NCBI RefSeq assembly: GCF_001545095.1
Contig: NZ_CP013213.1
Location: 990,001-1,022,000, forward strand
Source: Erysipelothrix larvae
GTDB lineage: Bacteria; Bacillota_I; Bacilli_A; Erysipelotrichales; Erysipelotrichaceae
Direction of reading: 5' to 3'
DNA: 32,000 nt
The translations under genes were made by a program, and so were the position numbers. The notes under the pieces were generated by a model. The model was given only the letters and a program-made list of their open reading frames with translations, ran no database searches and was not told the DNA's origin. Below are positions 26,688 through 32,000 of the stretch, one piece after another. Position 1 is the first letter of the stretch; every line of letters begins with the position of its first letter.

Positions 26688-26971
26688 TGCTTACGAATGA
26701 ACAAAAAAGAAAACTAAGAGCAATTGCTCACCATGAAAAAACAACCGTCTATATTGGAAAAAATGGATTGACTGAAACAGTCTATGAATCTTTTGAAAAT
26801 TCACTGGTTGCACACAATCTTGTAAAAGTTACCCTACAAAAAACAGCGCCGATTGAAAAAGAAGTCGTTTCAGAAGAACTGACAGAACGCTTTGCTTGCG
26901 ATCTTGTAAGCAGCGTAGGGCGTGTCCTTGTATTCTATCGTAAAGGACCAAAGGGGCGAATTCTGATTTGA
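26687..26971 (+). CDS. yhbY: CRM-domain RNA-binding protein YhbY (YqeI)
   Basis: 94 aa. The motifs LRAIAHHEKTTVYIGKNGLT and LVKV are typical of the family. TAATG overlap with yqeH. Its position within the yqeH-nadD cluster is conserved. Confidence 0.85.
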   Translation: MLTNEQKRKLRAIAHHEKTTVYIGKNGLTETVYESFENSLVAHNLVKVTLQKTAPIEKEVVSEELTERFACDLVSSVGRVLVFYRKGPKGRILI

Positions 26972-27972
26972 GACAAATACTTTTATTTGGAGGGTCTTTT
27001 GATCCCATTCATAATGGACATCTCGAAATAGCACTCAGTGCACTCAAACAAACCAAAGCTGAAGAAGTTTGGTTTGTTTTAGCTGCTTTAAGTCCTTTTA
27101 AAGAGGATGCACCTCCCTTTGAAGCACGAGCTTCAATGGTGAAACTTATGATAAATCCCTATAAAAGACTCAAACTTTGTACCATCGAACAGACACTTCC
27201 AATTCCATCCTATTCAATCGATACCATTACTGCACTCAAAAAACAACACCCCGAGGTATCCTTCTCATGGCTTATTGGGAGTGATCAAATTCCTGATCTA
27301 CCAAAGTGGAAAAATTATGAAGCGCTTTGTGAAATGGTGAAATTTGTTGTATATCCAAGACCGAGTCACACCTACCACCATGCGTTTGAAGAAATCAAAG
27401 GATTGACCTATGACATCAGCTCAACCGATATTCGAAACGGGCGTTCATTGGATACAAGTCCAAAGATACTGAATGCAATGATGGAGCACGGACTTTACTT
27501 AAAACTCATAACACAATCAAAAATGAGTGAGAAGCGATTCAAACATACACTAAGAGTCACGGAGCTTGCACTTGAACTTGCGAAACATCATCACATTGAT
27601 GAAAACCGCGTGTATCTTGCAAGTATGGTCCATGATTGGTGTAAGGAATGGGATAAAAAAGACTTAGAAATTGAAATGAAAAAGATCAACCCTGACCTCC
27701 TGAAACTGCATCCAGCTTTATATCATGGCTTTGCTGCTGCATCGGTTTTATCGAAACATTATTATGTAAGAGATAAACAGGTATTAAATGCAATACGAGG
27801 GCATGTCAGTGGTGCAAGCACATCTGACATCGGGATGATATTATATATTGCAGATAAATGTGAACGCGGAAGAGATTATGACTCTGAACCCCTCATTGTG
27901 TTAAGCAAAAAGAATTTAAGAGCAGGATTTAAAAAGGTAAAACAAGAAAGTAAACGATATAGAGGACAATAA
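26968..27972 (+). CDS. nadD: Fusion protein: nicotinate-nucleotide adenylyltransferase (NadD) N-terminal domain plus YqeK-type HD phosphohydrolase C-terminal domain
   Basis: TTG start overlapping the yhbY stop. The NadD domain has GGSFDPIHNGH and ISSTDIR (about aa 1-180). The HD domain has FKHTLRV, MVHDWCKEW, LYHGFAAA, IRGHVSG and YIADKCERGR (about aa 185-334). It is one uninterrupted 334-codon frame. Confidence 0.88.
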   Translation: MRQILLFGGSFDPIHNGHLEIALSALKQTKAEEVWFVLAALSPFKEDAPPFEARASMVKLMINPYKRLKLCTIEQTLPIPSYSIDTITALKKQHPEVSFSWLIGSDQIPDLPKWKNYEALCEMVKFVVYPRPSHTYHHAFEEIKGLTYDISSTDIRNGRSLDTSPKILNAMMEHGLYLKLITQSKMSEKRFKHTLRVTELALELAKHHHIDENRVYLASMVHDWCKEWDKKDLEIEMKKINPDLLKLHPALYHGFAAASVLSKHYYVRDKQVLNAIRGHVSGASTSDIGMILYIADKCERGRDYDSEPLIVLSKKNLRAGFKKVKQESKRYRGQ

Positions 27973-27973
27973 A

Positions 27974-28297
27974 ATGGAATTATTAGAACTAATTAAAAAA
28001 ACAATGGAAGATAAAAAAGCACACGACGTTGTGGTTGTTGATTTTAAAAACACCAGCCCAATCTGTGACTATTTTGTAATTTGTGATGCATCAAATGCAC
28101 GTCAAGTCAATGCAATCTCAGAAGCAATCGATGAAGCAGTATCAAAACAAGGCTATGCTATTCGACGCTCAGACAGCAAGACAGACTCACCATGGATTCT
28201 CCTTGATGCAGGCGATGTTGTTGCACATGTCTTTTTAACCGAAGAAAGACAACGTTATAATTTAGAGAAACTTTATGCGGAGTATATCTCACAATGA
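27974..28297 (+). CDS. rsfS: Ribosome silencing factor RsfS
   Basis: 107 aa. The motifs DYFVICDASNARQVNAI, WILLDAGDVVAHVF and RQRYNLEKLY are typical of RsfS/YqeL. Confidence 0.9.
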   Translation: MELLELIKKTMEDKKAHDVVVVDFKNTSPICDYFVICDASNARQVNAISEAIDEAVSKQGYAIRRSDSKTDSPWILLDAGDVVAHVFLTEERQRYNLEKLYAEYISQ

Positions 28298-28956
28298 GAC
28301 AGTATTATGACAGCTTATTTCAAGATCTAGAAGGGTCTAACATGTATGCAGACTTTGTTAAGAAGCATGGACAAGGATCAACGTTACTTGAGTTTGCCTG
28401 TGGTACGGGTGATTTATTGGTCAAATTATCCGATCAATTTGACTGTGTCGGATTGGATCTTGATAAAACAATGATTGATAAAGCCATTGCGAAATATCCA
28501 CAGTTTGCGTCAAAATTTACGGTAGGTAATTTTTTAACATATCGTGATACCAAGCATTACGATACCTTAATTTGTGTTGGTGATAGCTTGAATTATCTCC
28601 ATGATGAAGACGAACTCAATCAATTTGTAGAAAGTGCGACGTTTTTTTCAAACTGTATTATTCTTGATATGCATCATCCATATCGACTTGAAGAGTTTGA
28701 AGATGGTTATTATGAAGAAGGGGATACTTCAGAATTTCAATACATGTATGTCATTGATTCCGAAGATGATCATTTAATTCATACCATTAATTTTATGGAC
28801 GGAACCTTTGATCAAGTGCTTCAATGGGTATTTGATCCTGCCATTTTAATCGAAGCATTTCAAGCAAAGGGCTTCACGGTTGAAATTTATACAGATTTTG
28901 AAACTAAAGGCATCGAATCAATTGGAGAGAAGGTAATGCTTGTATGCAAAAAATAA
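28294..28956 (+). CDS. Class I SAM-dependent methyltransferase (YqeM-like position)
   Basis: SAM-binding motif I LLEFACGTGDL, then the acidic motif II residue in GLDLD. ATGA overlap with rsfS. Confidence 0.8.
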   Translation: MRQYYDSLFQDLEGSNMYADFVKKHGQGSTLLEFACGTGDLLVKLSDQFDCVGLDLDKTMIDKAIAKYPQFASKFTVGNFLTYRDTKHYDTLICVGDSLNYLHDEDELNQFVESATFFSNCIILDMHHPYRLEEFEDGYYEEGDTSEFQYMYVIDSEDDHLIHTINFMDGTFDQVLQWVFDPAILIEAFQAKGFTVEIYTDFETKGIESIGEKVMLVCKK

Positions 28957-29645
28957 CGCTGGATTTTCTTGTGATTGCAGCAATGCAAGAAGAAATGCAC
29001 GCAATCGTATCGCATCTATCAAACCCTAAGACCCTTGATCATACAGGATTTACAGCCGTCAGTGGCGTTGTTGAAGATAAAACGGTTTGCGTTATCTTAT
29101 CGGGTGTTGGTAAGATTAATGCCGCCATCACGACGACTTACTTTTTGATGACCTATGACGTAAAACATGTCATTAATGTTGGAAGTGCAGGGGGATTGCT
29201 TGAATCACAACATGTTGGAGATGTTGTTGTATCAACAAAAGTGCTCAGTCATGATTTTGATATTGGACCCACCACTCCGACAGATATGCGGTTTCAATAT
29301 CATGCTGACAAAGCATTAATTCAAAATGTAAATGAAGTCTTAGACATGCAAAACAAAACGCACTATATTGGGTTGATTGTATCAGGCGATCAATTTGTAA
29401 CAAACGACAGTTATGCATATCATCGCATCAAAGATTTATACAGCGAAGCGATTTGTGTTGAAATGGAAGCGACTGCTGTTGGGGCAACGTGTTCACGGTT
29501 TAATGTACCCTTTGTGGTAATTCGTGCATTATCTGATGTCCCATTTTATAAAAATAACGAAGAAACCTTTGAGCAATACCTCGTTCATGCCAGTGAATCA
29601 AGTGCTCGCATCTGCATTGAAACCATTAAAAAAGCTCGCGTTTAG
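28944..29645 (+). CDS. mtnN: 5'-methylthioadenosine/S-adenosylhomocysteine nucleosidase
   Basis: Motifs: IAAMQEEM, SGVGKINAA, NVGSAGG, VEMEATAV, IRALSD. The start overlaps the methyltransferase gene by 13 nt. Confidence 0.9.
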   Translation: MQKITLDFLVIAAMQEEMHAIVSHLSNPKTLDHTGFTAVSGVVEDKTVCVILSGVGKINAAITTTYFLMTYDVKHVINVGSAGGLLESQHVGDVVVSTKVLSHDFDIGPTTPTDMRFQYHADKALIQNVNEVLDMQNKTHYIGLIVSGDQFVTNDSYAYHRIKDLYSEAICVEMEATAVGATCSRFNVPFVVIRALSDVPFYKNNEETFEQYLVHASESSARICIETIKKARV

Positions 29646-29651
29646 CGAGCT
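29628..29651 (-). terminator. Hairpin containing both convergent stop codons; intrinsic terminator for the minus-strand gene
   Basis: Perfect stem AGCTCGC (29633-29639) / GCGAGCT (29645-29651) with loop GTTTA. On the minus strand it is followed by a T-run (plus-strand A-run at 29628-29632). There is no T-run on the plus-strand side. Confidence 0.5.
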
Positions 29652-30151
29652 GAATATGGTCCTGTCCATAGATTGTTCTCAAACAACCATGTTTTCAAAT
29701 CATTTTGAGAAAACGGTTTGTCTGAAAAATAAGTGAGTGTTGCATTGATTTGAACGGATTTGTCTTCATTGACTGTCATTGACACAAATGAAGGGGTTCG
29801 TTCTACGTTATATGCTGATTTAAGTTGAGTAACCGTTAGGTCTTTTGTTGAAGATGTATTAATATAGGTAATTTCCTTAATCTCAACATCCGTATTCATC
29901 AACAACGGATTGAGCAGTGATTTCCATACATATTCATCATCTTCGTTATCGCTAAATAGAAACAACAGGTAGTTTCCTGGGACGGATCGTACTTGTTCGA
30001 GACTCTCATTAAATGATAATGATACGGTCTCAGACTCTGTAGCAGTAAAAGCGGTTGATACATCGGCGGGTTTAAAATGTTTATACAATACAATTGCGCC
30101 GGCTGAGACTATTAATACTAAACTGAATACAATTAAAATTATTTTCTTCAT
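29642..30151 (-). CDS. Hypothetical membrane-anchored extracytoplasmic protein, cysteine-free, possibly with a thioredoxin-like fold
   Basis: Strong RBS GGAGGGA. The N-terminal anchor or signal is MKKIILIVFSLVLIVSAGAIVLY. 169 aa with no Cys. The pattern YLLFLFSDNEDDEY...ERTPSFV resembles a thioredoxin beta1/alpha1 region and cis-Pro loop without a CxxC. Confidence 0.6.
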   Translation of the reverse strand: MKKIILIVFSLVLIVSAGAIVLYKHFKPADVSTAFTATESETVSLSFNESLEQVRSVPGNYLLFLFSDNEDDEYVWKSLLNPLLMNTDVEIKEITYINTSSTKDLTVTQLKSAYNVERTPSFVSMTVNEDKSVQINATLTYFSDKPFSQNDLKTWLFENNLWTGPYSAR

Positions 30152-30304
30152 AGTCCCTCCTTACATGGTTTACATTACCATTATTTGTCGCTTATTTCAA
30201 GGCTACACATAAATTCACATTCTTTAGGAAAGTTGTTTCATTTCCTTATCTTTTGTTTTAATATGTTTTAGGTTATAATTGTTGAGTTAGAAACGGGGGT
30301 TAAT

Positions 30305-32000
30305 ATGTTCCTCAAACGAATTGAATTGCAAGGGTTTAAGTCCTTTGCAGATAAAACAGTCATTAACTTCGATCATTCGGTAACTGGGGTTGTAGGACCC
30401 AATGGTTGTGGTAAGAGTAATATCAGTGATGCGATTCGCTGGGTTTTAGGAGAGCAATCTGTAAAATCAATGCGTGGCTCAAGCATGACGGATATTATCT
30501 TTAATGGTTCAGAAAAAAGACGCCGTGTAAACCTTGCGGAAGTTACACTGGTTTTTGATAATGCAGAAAAGCCACTCAACAGTGATTTCGAAGAAGTCGA
30601 AGTCACACGACGTCTCTATCGAGATACACGCGAATCAGAATATCTGATCAATAAAACACCCTGTCGTTTACGCGACATTCATGATTTAGTTATGGATACA
30701 GGACTTGGACGTGATTCACTATCAATCATTTCACAAGGAAGTATCAGTTTTTTTGCGGAAGCGAAACCTCAAGAAAGACGAATGATATTTGAAGAAGCAG
30801 CAGGTGTTGCGAAATACAAACGTCGTAAAATTGAATCCATCAGTAAACTTGAACGCACTCAAGAAAACATTGAACGGATGCAAGATATTGTTGAAGAAAT
30901 TGAGAAACAAGTATCCCCACTGCGACGTGCAGCAAAAAAAGCAAAAATATTTTTAGAGAAAAAAGATGCGCTTGAAGCGATTGAAGTTTCTGTATTAGTC
31001 TCTGACATCTCAACGTTTCGAAAAGAAATTGATGAAACAAATACAATTATTTATGATCTAGAAGCACAAGTTGCGCAAACAGAAACGCAAATTGGTGTGT
31101 TAGAGCATGAACTTGAATCAAGCCGTCAAGAAGGATTTATCTTGGATCAAGGGATTGTAAAATCACAAGAGAAGATGATGAGTCTTGTACGAGAAATTGG
31201 GATTTTAGAAGCGCGTAAAATTGAAATTGAAGAAAAACGTAAATATACCCTTGAAGTTGGGAATGCTCAAGAACGTGCCAATGAATTGTATGCATTATTA
31301 AATGATGCGAAATTGGAATATAAAGAACGGTTTAAACGCCATGAGCTTTTAAAGGCGGAAGTGGATTTACACAATCAAGCTACTTATGAAAACAACCGGG
31401 TTATCCTTGATATTCAACAAAAAATAGATATGTTAAAGAGTCAACGGCAATCAACATTAAGTCGTTTAGATGTCTTGAAACATCGTCTTGAAAGACCCTA
31501 TGAACATCAATACGGTGTTCAGACCATCATGAACAATAAACATTCAATCTCAGGCATTCATGATACAGTCGGAAATCTTTTACTGCCTTTGGAAGGGTAT
31601 GAACTTGCTATATCAACAGCACTTGGTGGTGCTACAAACCATGTTGTCACTGATGATGATAAAGCTGCGGTTCATGCAATCCAATTCTTAAAACGAAACC
31701 GATCAGGACGTGCAACCTTTATTCCATTAACAGTTGTTAAACCACGCAGTGCAAATCATGATGTGTTAACGATTGCACATAATACCCAAGGATTTAAAGG
31801 TATTGCCAGTGACTTTGTAGAAGTTGACGCGCGATATAGTGATCTCTCATTAAGTTTTATGGGCGATGTTTATGTATTTGATACCATTGAACATGCAAAC
31901 ACTTTAGCAAAACGCGTAAACTATAATGCAAAGATTGTGACATTAGATGGGGATGTCATCCATCGCGGTGGAACGATGTCTGGTGGTCAAAACAAAAATC
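30305..32000 (+). CDS. smc: Chromosome partition protein Smc, N-terminal roughly 565 codons (continues beyond the window)
   Basis: This frame is not in the ORF track because it has no stop in the window. ATG at 30305 follows GGGGG. The N-terminus is MFLKRIELQGFKSFADKTVINFDHSVTGVVGPNGCGKSNISDAIRWVLGEQS, followed by a long coiled-coil and the start of the hinge (GIHDTVGNLL...). A candidate -10 TATAAT lies at 30274-30279. Confidence 0.95.
   Translation, partial: MFLKRIELQGFKSFADKTVINFDHSVTGVVGPNGCGKSNISDAIRWVLGEQSVKSMRGSSMTDIIFNGSEKRRRVNLAEVTLVFDNAEKPLNSDFEEVEVTRRLYRDTRESEYLINKTPCRLRDIHDLVMDTGLGRDSLSIISQGSISFFAEAKPQERRMIFEEAAGVAKYKRRKIESISKLERTQENIERMQDIVEEIEKQVSPLRRAAKKAKIFLEKKDALEAIEVSVLVSDISTFRKEIDETNTIIYDLEAQVAQTETQIGVLEHELESSRQEGFILDQGIVKSQEKMMSLVREIGILEARKIEIEEKRKYTLEVGNAQERANELYALLNDAKLEYKERFKRHELLKAEVDLHNQATYENNRVILDIQQKIDMLKSQRQSTLSRLDVLKHRLERPYEHQYGVQTIMNNKHSISGIHDTVGNLLLPLEGYELAISTALGGATNHVVTDDDKAAVHAIQFLKRNRSGRATFIPLTVVKPRSANHDVLTIAHNTQGFKGIASDFVEVDARYSDLSLSFMGDVYVFDTIEHANTLAKRVNYNAKIVTLDGDVIHRGGTMSGGQNKN

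Noticed and set aside
750-31046. All other 60-98 aa ORFs in the track that overlap annotated genes. Examples: 750-956, 948-1160, 1369-1665, 1714-1929, 3157-3348, 3496-3738, 4424-4618, 6989-7192, 8282-8497, 13588-13791, 14315-14882, 16125-16355, 18942-19124, 21388-21633, 23332-25409, 25538-26596, 29524-29736, 29899-30093, 30373-30606 and 30840-31046.
   Set aside because: Each is nested in or antisense to a longer gene with clear family motifs. None has a convincing SD/start arrangement. The 6989-7192 ORF is simply the reverse reading of the 33-nt repeats.
1-32000. Search for a CRISPR array, IS or transposase, integrase, prophage, tRNA or rRNA genes, long direct or inverted repeats, a compositional island, or TGA-as-Trp recoding
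   Set aside because: None was seen. No spaced repeat arrays are present and no recombinase-like ORFs occur. The only recurring 9-mers are promoter-like TGaTATAAT elements. Composition looks uniform. All genes are full length under the standard code, with TGA used as a stop at several coupled junctions.

Overview
This is an AT-rich bacterial chromosome segment that looks like Bacillota. The standard genetic code applies: TGA acts as a stop at several overlapping gene junctions and Trp is TGG. Coding density is high: I call 30 CDS, two of them cut by the window edges. All calls come from reading motifs in the supplied translations and the DNA; no homology search was run.

Gene order:
- 3' end of a metal (Zn/Mn-type) ABC ATPase plus its ABC-3 permease
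- a duplicated-EamA (DMT) transporter
- a Phe-specific T-box leader, then pheS-pheT
- a YebC-family protein
- a small stand-alone gene for an 11-residue-repeat K/D/E-rich protein
- a roughly 10.4 kb, 11-gene nucleoside uptake and cleavage operon: deoD, BMP lipoprotein, double-NBD ABC ATPase, two permeases, an MFS transporter, two tandem IUNH nucleoside hydrolases, ribokinase, LacI-type repressor
- on the minus strand, an ABC ATPase plus a 560-aa internally duplicated permease, and plsY
- parE-parC
- the conserved ribosome-assembly/NAD cluster yqeH-yhbY-nadD::yqeK(fused)-rsfS-methyltransferase, followed by mtnN
- a convergent cysteine-free membrane-anchored protein
- the 5' part of smc

I see no CRISPR array, transposase, integrase, phage genes, rRNA or tRNA, and no recognisable defence or toxin-antitoxin module. 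Most of the window is housekeeping.

The most accessory-looking part, and the best candidate for new biology, is the nucleoside locus. It has two uptake systems and two cleavage chemistries. An MFS plus two hydrolase paralogues form a translationally coupled sub-module of unknown substrate. A perfect 20-bp palindrome sits in front of the first gene, and there are odd G/C homopolymer tracts.

Secondary items are the NadD-YqeK fusion, the repeat protein, the asymmetric fused ABC-2-like exporter, and a hairpin that contains the stop codons of two convergent genes. None of these is demonstrably undescribed from sequence alone.
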